A DNA stretch of 64,000 nucleotides, taken from positions 30,625 to 94,624 of the forward strand of contig CACIWK010000002.1 of assembly GCA_902590345.1 (NCBI GenBank), in the 5' to 3' direction. Shown one piece after another: positions 40,385-49,975 of this stretch (position 1 is its first letter; every line of letters begins with the position of its first letter). The notes below the pieces were generated by a model. It made no database searches, was not told the DNA's origin, and saw nothing but the letters and a program-made list of their open reading frames with translations. Source of the stretch: an uncultured Pelagibacteraceae bacterium. Its GTDB lineage: Bacteria > Pseudomonadota > Alphaproteobacteria > Pelagibacterales > AG-422-B15. A program made the translations under genes and the position numbers.

Positions 40385-40801
40385 TTATTTGATACCACCG
40401 AGATTGCAAATAATTGTCCATGACTTTTTATCAATCGGCATGACTGAGAGGCGTGACTGTTTAACTAAAGCTAGGTGATTAAGTTTTGGATGATCCTTTA
40501 TCTGAGCAAGGTTAACTTTATTTTTAAGGGCTTTTACAGCCGCTACAGATACCATTCCAAAGCGTTTTGTTTTATCTGTAGGATCAGGATGATATTTCTT
40601 AACGACTTTTACTATGCCAACAATATCCCTTTCTTTTACGGAATGATAAAAAAAACAAAGATCCCCTGTCTCCATTTTTTTCATATTGTTGGATGCCTGG
40701 TAGTTCCTGACACCATCCCAGCCCTCACCTTTACTGCCAGCTTTTACTTGCTGTTCCCAAGACCATGTTTCAGGTTCTGATTTCATTAACCAGTAGTTCA
40801 T
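40385..40801 (-). CDS. EVE domain protein
   Basis: YWLMKSEP, WDGVRNYQA, FFYHS and RLSVMP motifs. Confidence 0.93.
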   Translation of the reverse strand: MNYWLMKSEPETWSWEQQVKAGSKGEGWDGVRNYQASNNMKKMETGDLCFFYHSVKERDIVGIVKVVKKYHPDPTDKTKRFGMVSVAAVKALKNKVNLAQIKDHPKLNHLALVKQSRLSVMPIDKKSWTIICNLGGIK

Positions 40802-40802
40802 T

Positions 40803-41801
40803 TTATTCCTTTGTGATTGGTCTATTTAAAAGTTCTTGAATTGTAACATCAATATTTTTCTTTCGGTACAAAACTTTATAAATGGCATCATTTATTGGTA
40901 AATCTAATTTTTTATTCATTGATAGTTTCTTCAGTGCCCTTACAGTAAATACTCCCTCAGCGACTGAGAATTTTTTTTCAATAATTTGATTTAGCGTTTT
41001 CCCTTTTGCAAGATCAATACCCAAAGAAAAATTTCTAGACTCTTTAGATGAACATGTCAGAAATAAATCTCCCATACCTGAGAGACCGGCAAGTGTACTT
41101 TTTTTTGCGTTCATCGATTGGGCTACAATTTTTATTTCTGCAAAACTTCTTGATATAATCGAAGCAACAGCATTTTCGCCATATTTTTTTCCAAAAACAA
41201 TTCCGCTAGCGATTGCGTATATATTTTTTAATGCCCCAGCTATTTGTGAACCAATAATGTCATCGGATAAATAGGGTCTCAATGTTGGAGACTTAATGAG
41301 CTGCGCAACTTTATTTGCAACGTTGTCACTTTTCGATGCAACGACGGTAGCAGCCGGTAAGCCTTTTGCAATCTCTGCCGCAAAATTTGGCCCAGAAATA
41401 ATTGCAATTTTATTTTTTGGAAAGATAGAGGATACTATTTCACTTGGCAATTTTAAGCTATTCATTTCAATACCTTTAGAACAACAAACGAATATTGTTT
41501 TTGTCTCAATAATTTTTTTAATTTTTAGTAAGTTTGTTGATAAATATTGAACAGGCGAAACTAAAAACAATATATCGCATCCAGCCACATCAAGAATTGA
41601 AGTTGTGCATTTTATTTTTTTACTTAATTTAATCTTCGGCAAATACCTCTTATTCTCAGATAATTTATTAATATTATCGCAAACACTTTTTTCTTTTGCC
41701 CATAAAATAACTTTCTCTTTTTTTGAAATGATATTTGACAGAGCAGTGCCCCACGCTCCAGCTCCAATTACACCTACTTTATATTCGGTTTTATCCTTCA
41801 A
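40803..41801 (-). CDS. gpsA: NAD(P)H-dependent glycerol-3-phosphate dehydrogenase
   Basis: GAGAWGTAL, SKGIE, SGPNFA.E, GALKN, GLSGMGDL.LTC...SRN and AEGV motifs. Confidence 0.96.
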   Translation of the reverse strand: MKDKTEYKVGVIGAGAWGTALSNIISKKEKVILWAKEKSVCDNINKLSENKRYLPKIKLSKKIKCTTSILDVAGCDILFLVSPVQYLSTNLLKIKKIIETKTIFVCCSKGIEMNSLKLPSEIVSSIFPKNKIAIISGPNFAAEIAKGLPAATVVASKSDNVANKVAQLIKSPTLRPYLSDDIIGSQIAGALKNIYAIASGIVFGKKYGENAVASIISRSFAEIKIVAQSMNAKKSTLAGLSGMGDLFLTCSSKESRNFSLGIDLAKGKTLNQIIEKKFSVAEGVFTVRALKKLSMNKKLDLPINDAIYKVLYRKKNIDVTIQELLNRPITKE

Positions 41802-42873
41802 AAGCTCTTTTACCCTTCATGAAAACAGCATTTTTATCAAGGGGCCATCTTGGCCTCGGTTTAAAATTTAATTTATTAAATTTTTTCCTTTCAAATCTCT
41901 CAATCCCTGCAAGCGCAATCATAGCTCCGTTATCAGTACAGTATTTAATTGATGGAAATAAAAACTCACAATTCTCGATAGCTTCAAGCGCTTTTAGAGA
42001 TTGACGAATACTTTTATTTGCTGCGACTCCTCCAGCAACAACTATCTTTAAACTCTTCTTAGATTTAACCACTCGTTTGTATTCACGAACTGCATTCTGA
42101 GTTTTGGTGAAAATTATTTTATTAATGGTTGCTTGAAATGATGCTGACATGTCTTTTTTAAACTTTTCTGTACATCTGTTTTTAGCGACGATATTTGCAA
42201 CTGCAGACTTTAATCCCGCAAATGAAAAATGTGCATTTTTTTCATGAATGAGTGGCATGGGCAGTTCAAACTTTTCTTCGTTGCCTAGTGCAGCATATTT
42301 TTCAATTTCGGGCCCTCCTGGATAACCCAGCTGAAGAAGTCGTGCAGTTTTATCAAAGGCCTCGCCCAAAGCATCATCTATCGTTGTGCCAATACGCTTA
42401 TAACTGTTGAAGTTTTTTATTATCGTGTATTCCGTATGCCCCCCTGAAACTAATAACAATAAATAAGGGTATTCAATTTTCCTCTCAAGCTTGATTGAAA
42501 GAGCATGTCCCTCCAAATGGTTCACCGCAATGAAAGGCTTGTTCAAATAATGAGCAAGAGTTTTTCCAGCTACGACACCGACCAAAAGTCCCCCCAGCAA
42601 TCCTGGCCCAGCAGTTGCTGATATTGCATCTATTTTTTTAAAACTTATTTTGGCGTCAGATAAAGCCTTGATTATAAGTTTATCAATGATATCCGAGTGC
42701 GCTCGAGCTGCTAATTCTGGAACGACGCCTCCATAAAACTTATGAATTTCTACTTGAGATTTTACCACGTTTGAAAGAACCTTGAATTTATTGTTCGTTT
42801 TCTCAACTATTGAAATAGAAGTTTCGTCACAACTCGACTCTATGCCTAATACTCGTATTATTTTTTTTGTCAT
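41791..42873 (-). CDS. tsaD: tRNA N6-adenosine threonylcarbamoyltransferase
   Basis: GIESSCDET, GGVVPELAARAH, HLEGH, VSGGHT, DDALGEAFDK and CTDNGAMIA motifs. Confidence 0.98.
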   Translation of the reverse strand: MTKKIIRVLGIESSCDETSISIVEKTNNKFKVLSNVVKSQVEIHKFYGGVVPELAARAHSDIIDKLIIKALSDAKISFKKIDAISATAGPGLLGGLLVGVVAGKTLAHYLNKPFIAVNHLEGHALSIKLERKIEYPYLLLLVSGGHTEYTIIKNFNSYKRIGTTIDDALGEAFDKTARLLQLGYPGGPEIEKYAALGNEEKFELPMPLIHEKNAHFSFAGLKSAVANIVAKNRCTEKFKKDMSASFQATINKIIFTKTQNAVREYKRVVKSKKSLKIVVAGGVAANKSIRQSLKALEAIENCEFLFPSIKYCTDNGAMIALAGIERFERKKFNKLNFKPRPRWPLDKNAVFMKGKRAFEG

Positions 42874-42917
42874 ATAATTTAATAATGTATCATATATACA
42901 TTTAAGAATAATTATTT

Positions 42918-43880
42918 ATGTCAAATTTAAATAAAATTTTAGTTGGAATCAGAGACAGTGAACTATCAAGGACGCAAACTAATTTACTGCTTAATCAGTT
43001 AATAAGTGTTTCTGATAATATAGACATTGAGACATTTGATATAAAAACTATAAAAACAAAAGGGGATGTTCATAACGAGCAGCGTCTTGATCAAATAGGT
43101 GGCAAAGGGTTATTTATAAAGGAAATTGAAGAACACATAAAAAGAAGTAAGGTTGATGTAGGTATTCATTCCATGAAAGATGTACCCGCCGAAGAGGACG
43201 GTAATGAACTTGAAATTATTTGTTGGTTTAAGCGTGAAAACCCATGCGAGGCCCTTCTATCTAATTCAGGTCAAAATTTTTTTGATTTATCTCCTGGATC
43301 AGTTATCGGCACAAGCTCAATCAGAAGACGCGCCCAAATTCTCAATTTGAGAAAAGATCTAAAAATAAAATTACTTAGAGGAAATGTAGATACTCGTATC
43401 AGAAAACTAAAGGAAAATAATTATGACGCAATCATACTTAGTGTAGCGGGATTAAAACGGCTTGGACTGACCGAGCGCATAACAGAGGAACTAAGTGACG
43501 AACAATTTCTTCCTGCTGCATGTCAGGGCACAATTGGAGTGCAGTCAAAATGCAACAGTAATTTAAAAAAAGTATTTGAATTGATTAATCACGATGAAAC
43601 AAAAATGGAATCAATAACCGAAAGACAAGTTTTAAAAAATATTAATGCTAATTGTAACAGCCCAGTATCTGTTTATGCAAAAATTGTAAACAATATGATT
43701 TCAGTTCAATGTGATATTTTTGATCATGATGGTAATAAGTTATTTTCAAATAAAATTTCCAAGGAGAAAGAAAATTATATCAAAATTGCAAACACACTTT
43801 CACAAGAAATTTTAAATGATCTTGGTCAAGAAAAAATAAATAAACTAAATGAACTAGATGATTTTAATTACACGCCTTAA
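42918..43880 (+). CDS. hemC: Hydroxymethylbilane synthase (porphobilinogen deaminase)
   Basis: GGKGLFIKEIE, HSMKDVP, GTSSIRR, RGNVDTR, LPAACQG and ANCNSP motifs. Confidence 0.95.
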   Translation: MSNLNKILVGIRDSELSRTQTNLLLNQLISVSDNIDIETFDIKTIKTKGDVHNEQRLDQIGGKGLFIKEIEEHIKRSKVDVGIHSMKDVPAEEDGNELEIICWFKRENPCEALLSNSGQNFFDLSPGSVIGTSSIRRRAQILNLRKDLKIKLLRGNVDTRIRKLKENNYDAIILSVAGLKRLGLTERITEELSDEQFLPAACQGTIGVQSKCNSNLKKVFELINHDETKMESITERQVLKNINANCNSPVSVYAKIVNNMISVQCDIFDHDGNKLFSNKISKEKENYIKIANTLSQEILNDLGQEKINKLNELDDFNYTP

Positions 43881-44568
43881 GGAAGATAATACAACGATCA
43901 AAAAAAAGTTAGATGCTTTTAAAATTAAAAGCTCAGCAGAACCACTTTATAAAATAGAATATCTGTCCAAGAAAATAAATCATGAAGATGAAAAAACATT
44001 TATTGTAGCCAGTAAGCAGGCAGTTAAGGTTATTCACTCAAATGTTAAGAAAGGAAATTTAAAAAAGAGTATTTTTCTTGTCATTGGGAAACAATCTTCT
44101 CTTCAACTAAAAAAATTGGGATTAAAAGTTAAGATAGTTGCACAAAATAGCCATGAGCTAATAAAAATAATAAAAAAAAATAAATTGTACGAGAAGGGTA
44201 AATTTGAATACCTCTGTGCAAATGCTTTTAACAAAGATTTTTTTTCAAGACTGTGTGACATCAATAAGAGTACAAAAAAAAACGTTCTCTATAATTTAGT
44301 TCCTAATCAGAAATTTTCAGAAAAAACGCTTAAACTTCTTAGGCAACAAAATATTACGATCGTTTTATTTTTTTCAAAATTTTCTTGTAATACTTTTTTT
44401 CAATTATGCAGATCTCATAAATTAAACAGAAAAAATCTTAATGGAATTCAATACATCACCTTAAGTAAAGAGATTGCGGATTTGCAGTGTCTTAAGGCAT
44501 ACAAGGTCAGCTGGGCTAATCGTCCTAATTTAGCTTCAATGCTTCAAAAGGTGGCATCCATTTATTAA
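43858..44568 (+). CDS. hemD: Uroporphyrinogen-III synthase
   Basis: MILITR start, SKQAV and LFFS motifs; overlaps the hemC 3' end; divergent sequence. Confidence 0.75.
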   Translation: MILITRLKEDNTTIKKKLDAFKIKSSAEPLYKIEYLSKKINHEDEKTFIVASKQAVKVIHSNVKKGNLKKSIFLVIGKQSSLQLKKLGLKVKIVAQNSHELIKIIKKNKLYEKGKFEYLCANAFNKDFFSRLCDINKSTKKNVLYNLVPNQKFSEKTLKLLRQQNITIVLFFSKFSCNTFFQLCRSHKLNRKNLNGIQYITLSKEIADLQCLKAYKVSWANRPNLASMLQKVASIY

Positions 44569-44744
44569 ATGTAGGTATATTTACATTATGTATAAGCATA
44601 TTTATCACAGCCTGCTTATTAATTTTCAGTACTTATAAGTCGTAATGAAAAAATTTTGAATTTTCCGCGGATTTGATGGGGTTTTAGGAAAAACCACTGT
44701 ATGCATTAGGAGTAAAAATTGAATATTATCGGTACTTTAATTGC

Positions 44745-44804
44745 TTGACTAAAGTCAATTTTTTAAGTTCAATAGTTCAAATTTAGCAATATTCTTATTG
44801 CTGA
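44745..44804 (+). promoter_or_regulatory. Putative promoter/operator and leader hairpin of the DUF1302 operon
   Basis: TTGACT-AA-AGTCAA dyad (44745-44758) on a CTTGAC -35-like hexamer; AGTTCAA-T-AGTTCAA direct repeat (44766-44780); AGCAATA-TTCT-TATTGCT dyad (44785-44802); strong GGGGAG SD downstream. Confidence 0.5.
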
Positions 44805-44830
44805 CTATTAATATTTTAGGGGGAGACTAA

Positions 44831-47539
44831 ATGTTAAAAAAATCAATTATGTCACTTGTGTCTACACTTTTATTTGTAGTTGCGAGTTTTACTACTTCAA
44901 ATGCGACTGAAGTTAACCTTGGAGGATTTACGGGTAACGTTTCAACAATTGTTACTCATGGATTTTCAATAAGAACAGAAAAAAATAACTGCTTTCTAGT
45001 TTATGGTGCCGCAAACGATCAAACGGATGCACAAAAAGCCTTGATTGGTGGAGCACCATATAAGGGTAATGGTGGCTGTAACTACGAGCGTGATGATAAC
45101 TTCGCTGCTACAACAACGGGTAGAGAGATTCATGTTGGTTCAGTTATGGGTGACGATGGTCGTCTTAACTTTGATAGAGGCGATGTAATTGATGCTGGTC
45201 AGTCTCTTGCATTGAGTTTTACAGGAAGCAATCCTGATGGCGTGAGATTAAACTTATCAGGTGTTGCATTAGTGAACCCAGTATTAGATATTAACGATGT
45301 AGCTTTTAAAGCTCTAACTGGTGCTGCAAAAGATCATCTTGAAAGCAATATTAAATTAGGTAACGCATTTATCTCTGCTCCTGTTTCTCCCAATATAGAT
45401 ATTACCCTTGGTAATTATGTTCAAAGTCAGGGTGTAACTGCTTTGTTCCCAATTGGTGTTAATGTAGTAAATCCAGTTTCTCTCCCAATTCTACGATCAC
45501 CTGGTGCACAATTAAAAGATGCATTACTTCCTCAAGCAATGTTAGGAGCTACCGCATATCTTGATGGCGGTGTTACCATGGATGCTTATTATCAACTCGA
45601 GCAAAAAGAAATTGAGTTAGATGCTGCTGGATCTTTCTTTGGTAGTGAAGCTGTAGGTGTTGGAAGCAACACAGGTTTTATCAGTGCAGCAAATGTTAAT
45701 GAAGGTACGGGGCCAGTAGATGGTAACTACTTTGATGTTGCTGAATGTGTTAAAGGAGTATCAAGAGTTAATTTGGCTGCCGTCGGTTCTGCTGGATTAT
45801 GTGACTCATCTAATGCAGATCACCTATGGGGTGACAATGAGGATGGTTGGTCAGTCTTTATGGGCTTACAAGATGATACCTTCGGAACTGGATACAATTC
45901 AACTGCTATAGGAATAGGACTTGCTAATCAAGTTACTGCCCTTGGCGACATAGAATCCATATTTGAGGGTGTTGCTGCTGGTGCAAGTCTTGAGTCAGCT
46001 TGGGATCTACTTCCAGGTCATGCATCAAGTGCAGACACTGATCATGATATGAGCGATACAAGAATTCGAAATGCTTTCACAAAACTATATACTCAATATC
46101 CTGGATTTGGGGATATGAGAGGTCTAGTGTACATTAGAAGAGCAAACGATGCGGAAGCCCCATCAACAGGTCAGTTCGGTTTAAATTTAACTGGCTACCT
46201 TGACAATGTAGGTACAGGACTTGAGTGGGGACTATATTATAACAACTCACACAGTAATGCTCCGAGACTGAGAATGCTCGCTATTGCTGATGGGTATGCA
46301 ACAGATATGTTTGCAATGTTAAATAATTTAACCACTGCTACTCCAAATGGTTTAGGACAATACGATCCAACAAATGGCGCAGTGACTGTGACTGAACAAG
46401 CAATCATGTCGATTGCAGCTGGTCCGTCAGTTTGTGCACTAATAAATGATGCTACAGGTGCTTTCCAAGGTGGTGCTGCAGGTGGTACTGCTACTCACTT
46501 ACACGATCCTTCACTTTGTTATAAGGCACAGGCTCAAGCTACTGCTGCAGGAGGTGAAATCGCTAATGCTGGTGGTCTCGATGCAATTTTAGGTGCAACC
46601 AACGGTGCGATTGCAACTTTAGCATTTGTAAATGGCGGAAGGTTCCAAGCATATTATCCTGAGGATATCCAGACTTTTGGTCTTTCATTATCTACAGGTC
46701 TCAATGGTTGGGCATCTAATTTAGAAATTGCTTTCAGACCTGACTATCCATTCCAGGTGGCTGGTGATGATTTAATTAGAAACTTAATTGATAGTACATA
46801 TGGTACTGCAGTACAAAGTACAGTTGCAGCTATTGCAGTGAATGATTTGTTGCCTTTAGTTGCGTCTACTAAGTGGTCTGCACAACCTAACTGTGATATC
46901 ACTTCAACAGGAGGAAAAGCTGCTCCAAACGCGGCAGGCTATGTTGCTTGTGATGGAACAGCTGAATTTGATGCGTGGACACTTAATGCAAACTTTGCAA
47001 AATCATATACAGCATCTGAGCCATTTGTAGTGAATTCGGGTGCTGACTCAGCATTTGTATTAGTTGATATTGGTGCCGTCTCGGTTCCTGATTTAAACTA
47101 TGCACAGGGTGTGGTTGCATCAGGTCAGTTCCAATCAGGATTTGACGTGCTTCAAAACGGTTGTAATAATGCGGCTGGAGCATACGCACTTTCTCAGCAA
47201 TCAAACGGACTCTTTGGAGACGATTACTGTGAGGACGATGCTGGTCCTGATAAGAACGCAATCTCATATAAATTGCGTGGTGGATTAACTTATAATAACT
47301 TCAACAACACAAAATGGTCTTTTTCACCATCACTTGGTTTTAATCATGATGTAAAAGGAAATGCACCTTCTTCTCTTGGTGGATTTGTTGAGGGTAGAAT
47401 GAGTGCTTCTGCTTCTGCAGCATTTACTTCTGGTGGCATGACTACAAGTGTTAGTTACCAAATGGAGCTAGGTGATGAACTTAATAACTCGAGTGTTGAC
47501 AAAGACTATGTCTCTGCCAACTTCTCATATGCATTTTAA
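44831..47539 (+). CDS. DUF1302 family outer-membrane beta-barrel protein (AupA-like)
   Basis: Signal peptide; DDGRLNFDRGD, LRSPGAQLKDALLP, YYQLE..ELDAAGSFF, GQFGL, YPEDIQTFGLS and NHDVKG motifs; C-terminal DKDYVSANFSYAF. Confidence 0.85.
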   Translation: MLKKSIMSLVSTLLFVVASFTTSNATEVNLGGFTGNVSTIVTHGFSIRTEKNNCFLVYGAANDQTDAQKALIGGAPYKGNGGCNYERDDNFAATTTGREIHVGSVMGDDGRLNFDRGDVIDAGQSLALSFTGSNPDGVRLNLSGVALVNPVLDINDVAFKALTGAAKDHLESNIKLGNAFISAPVSPNIDITLGNYVQSQGVTALFPIGVNVVNPVSLPILRSPGAQLKDALLPQAMLGATAYLDGGVTMDAYYQLEQKEIELDAAGSFFGSEAVGVGSNTGFISAANVNEGTGPVDGNYFDVAECVKGVSRVNLAAVGSAGLCDSSNADHLWGDNEDGWSVFMGLQDDTFGTGYNSTAIGIGLANQVTALGDIESIFEGVAAGASLESAWDLLPGHASSADTDHDMSDTRIRNAFTKLYTQYPGFGDMRGLVYIRRANDAEAPSTGQFGLNLTGYLDNVGTGLEWGLYYNNSHSNAPRLRMLAIADGYATDMFAMLNNLTTATPNGLGQYDPTNGAVTVTEQAIMSIAAGPSVCALINDATGAFQGGAAGGTATHLHDPSLCYKAQAQATAAGGEIANAGGLDAILGATNGAIATLAFVNGGRFQAYYPEDIQTFGLSLSTGLNGWASNLEIAFRPDYPFQVAGDDLIRNLIDSTYGTAVQSTVAAIAVNDLLPLVASTKWSAQPNCDITSTGGKAAPNAAGYVACDGTAEFDAWTLNANFAKSYTASEPFVVNSGADSAFVLVDIGAVSVPDLNYAQGVVASGQFQSGFDVLQNGCNNAAGAYALSQQSNGLFGDDYCEDDAGPDKNAISYKLRGGLTYNNFNNTKWSFSPSLGFNHDVKGNAPSSLGGFVEGRMSASASAAFTSGGMTTSVSYQMELGDELNNSSVDKDYVSANFSYAF

Positions 47540-47557
47540 TTTAGGGAGAGGAATAAA

Positions 47558-48775
47558 ATGAATAAATTAAATATAAGAAACTTAATTATCTCACTGGTAG
47601 CGGCTTTAGGTCTTTCGGTTACAACGGTTGTTGCTGATGGCCATAAGTACACCATTGATGGTTCTAACTACACATCTTACACAGATAAGTTGTCACCTGG
47701 ACAAATTACAATGTTCGCAGCTTATCCTGAAACATATAAGATGAACGTTTATGAAACTGGTCCTGATTGTCAACTCGCTCCATCCATTGCAGCTATATCA
47801 ACCACAAATGGTACTATGGTGAATGACAATGAGGGTATTGAAGTTCCAAACTTGGGTCAAGTTCCTTTCCCAAATCCTACTGACGCCCAACATTTTATTT
47901 GGAATATGAGAACTAATGCTGGTCATGACTCTTCAGTTTATCGTGTTGCAACCTCAACAAATGTTCAAGCTGATGGATCAATTATAATTGGTCAGCAAGA
48001 AACAAACATTACATTCCCTGCTAATCCAAATACCGTTTCAAAATATGCAGATAAAAATATCTATGCAATGTTCATGCAAAAAAACTTAGGACCACCTAGG
48101 TCTGCAGGAGTTACAACTCTCGTGCATGACTTTTTTGACGGGTATCTTGCACCTCGTAAAGCATGGCAGTATAACCCTGCCACAAGACGTGTAAGAAGAG
48201 CACCTGACATTACATATGACACGGTTCTTCTTGCTGGTGGCGGTATCGTTGTTGTTGATCAATATAATGGGTTTAATGGTGCGCAAGATAAATATGATTG
48301 GACATATGAGGGTAAGAAAACAATGGTTGTTCCATTTGACAACGATGCGCTGGCTGATAACGCTCTTGAGACAACACACTCTCAATTCCACTTGAATCCT
48401 GACTATGTTAGATTTGAAGAAAGAGATGTTCATATTGTTCACGCGCAATTAAAACCAGGACAAAGACACCTATATGCTTCACGTACTTTCTATATTATGG
48501 ATGATGATTTTTATCATTTATCAATCATGGATGCTTATGACGAAGCTGGTGAGTTAATGAGACACCAAATGGGAACTGTCATCAGATCTGTTGAAGGTAC
48601 AGATCCTACCACATGTAATGGTCAAGGTGAGTTTACTCATGACTTTGCTACAAGAACATATACTGGTAATAACCAACTTGGTGCTGCCTTCAGTACACTT
48701 CCAACTATTTATAACGGTGAAGAAAAGCCAGCAAGCTTTTACACACCTGATGGTTTAAGAAGATACGCAAGATAA
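47558..48775 (+). CDS. DUF1329 family periplasmic protein (AupB-like)
   Basis: Signal peptide; DKLSPGQ..MF..YP.TYKM, VPFPNP, AWQYNPATRRVRRAP..YD, GFNGA.D.YDW, LKPGQRHLY and YD..G.L motifs; C-terminal TPDGLRR. Confidence 0.88.
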   Translation: MNKLNIRNLIISLVAALGLSVTTVVADGHKYTIDGSNYTSYTDKLSPGQITMFAAYPETYKMNVYETGPDCQLAPSIAAISTTNGTMVNDNEGIEVPNLGQVPFPNPTDAQHFIWNMRTNAGHDSSVYRVATSTNVQADGSIIIGQQETNITFPANPNTVSKYADKNIYAMFMQKNLGPPRSAGVTTLVHDFFDGYLAPRKAWQYNPATRRVRRAPDITYDTVLLAGGGIVVVDQYNGFNGAQDKYDWTYEGKKTMVVPFDNDALADNALETTHSQFHLNPDYVRFEERDVHIVHAQLKPGQRHLYASRTFYIMDDDFYHLSIMDAYDEAGELMRHQMGTVIRSVEGTDPTTCNGQGEFTHDFATRTYTGNNQLGAAFSTLPTIYNGEEKPASFYTPDGLRRYAR

Positions 48776-48800
48776 GTCAGTATCAATAGATCTTTAATTT

Positions 48801-48839
48801 AGAACCCGACTTGAAATTTCAGAGTCGGGTTTTAGTTTT
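48801..48839 (+). terminator. Intra-operon intrinsic terminator / stabilising hairpin
   Basis: AACCCGACT-TGAAATTTCAG-AGTCGGGTT stem followed by an interrupted T-tract (TTAGTTTT). Confidence 0.8.
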
Positions 48840-48847
48840 AAGTTGTT

Positions 48848-49975
48848 ATGTATAAGATTTTCCTATTTGTACTGAGTGCAGTTTTTTTTATAAATGCTGC
48901 GATAGCTTCCCAATTTAACTACGGTTCGGAGTTTGCAGCAATTTCACCAAATGCACATAAGACAACCATTACAGCTCTTGAGAAATCTGGTGACAGAATA
49001 TTTGCTGTTGGAGTGCATGGTATTATTTTATACTCTGATGATGAAGGTGAGACATGGACTCAATCAGAGAAAGTTCCATTTAAGAAAACACTGACAGATA
49101 TTAGTTGTCCGAGCCAAAATAAATGCTGGGCAACTGGTCATGATGCAACAATATTGCACTCTTTTGATGCAGGAAAAACTTGGCAAATCCAATATCAAGA
49201 TTTTGATTTTGATGCTCCTTTACTTTCAATTCACATGTACGATGATTACGAGGGAGTTGCTCTTGGAGCTTTTGCCTTGTCACTGAGAACAGCTAACGGC
49301 GGTATAAGTTGGGATTATCTTTTTGTTGATGACGATGAATACCAACCGCATATAAATTATACTTATGGAGATAATCAGGCTTGGAGAAAATCTGCTCGAG
49401 ATGAAGGATTTGCTGTTGGTGAATTCGGAAAGTATTATGTTACTGATGATAGAGGTTTAAATTGGCTTGCAATTGAAACTGGATATATGGGATCCTATTG
49501 GTCAGGCATAAAAGTTGATGAGGGTCAGTCTCTTTTGCTTGGTATGTCGGGTAATATTACTTTAGCAACTCTTTATGAGATCAATGATGAAGTACCATCT
49601 AATAAGCTTACATCTATTGCTTGTTACGAGGCTGGTTATTTTAGAGGTGACTGCAAAGTATATGCATTTGATGACTTATTCATTGGTACTAAAAATAGCT
49701 TAACAAATGCTGATCTTTTAGAAGATGGAAGAATTGTGATGAGCGGAAACGGTGGAGTGGTAACGGTGATAGATATGGTAAGAGATAAAACAATCAAAAC
49801 TTGTGTTCGATCAGATCGTTTAAGTAATACTTCAATTATTCCACTTGGTACTGATAATTTCTTAATTGCTGGTGAACAGGGGATGCGTAAACATAGTATG
49901 GAAGAATGTTATCAAAACTTTGTTTCGGAAACTTCTACATCACAAGATACATTTTATGAAATTAATATAAATTAA
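48848..49975 (+). CDS. YCF48/BNR (Asp-box) beta-propeller protein
   Basis: AVGVHGIILYSDDEGETW, GHDATILHSFDAGKTW, GAF...RTANGG.SW and TDDRGLNW Asp-box repeats; signal peptide. Confidence 0.88.
   Translation: MYKIFLFVLSAVFFINAAIASQFNYGSEFAAISPNAHKTTITALEKSGDRIFAVGVHGIILYSDDEGETWTQSEKVPFKKTLTDISCPSQNKCWATGHDATILHSFDAGKTWQIQYQDFDFDAPLLSIHMYDDYEGVALGAFALSLRTANGGISWDYLFVDDDEYQPHINYTYGDNQAWRKSARDEGFAVGEFGKYYVTDDRGLNWLAIETGYMGSYWSGIKVDEGQSLLLGMSGNITLATLYEINDEVPSNKLTSIACYEAGYFRGDCKVYAFDDLFIGTKNSLTNADLLEDGRIVMSGNGGVVTVIDMVRDKTIKTCVRSDRLSNTSIIPLGTDNFLIAGEQGMRKHSMEECYQNFVSETSTSQDTFYEININ

Noticed and set aside
44569-44830. Riboswitch or sRNA in the long intergenic region
   Set aside because: No known aptamer motif recognised; it would need an Rfam/Infernal search.
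48086-48448. 120-aa antisense ORF in the DUF1329 gene, plus the many 60-106 aa nested ORFs elsewhere in the track
   Set aside because: They lie within well-supported genes and are expected by chance.
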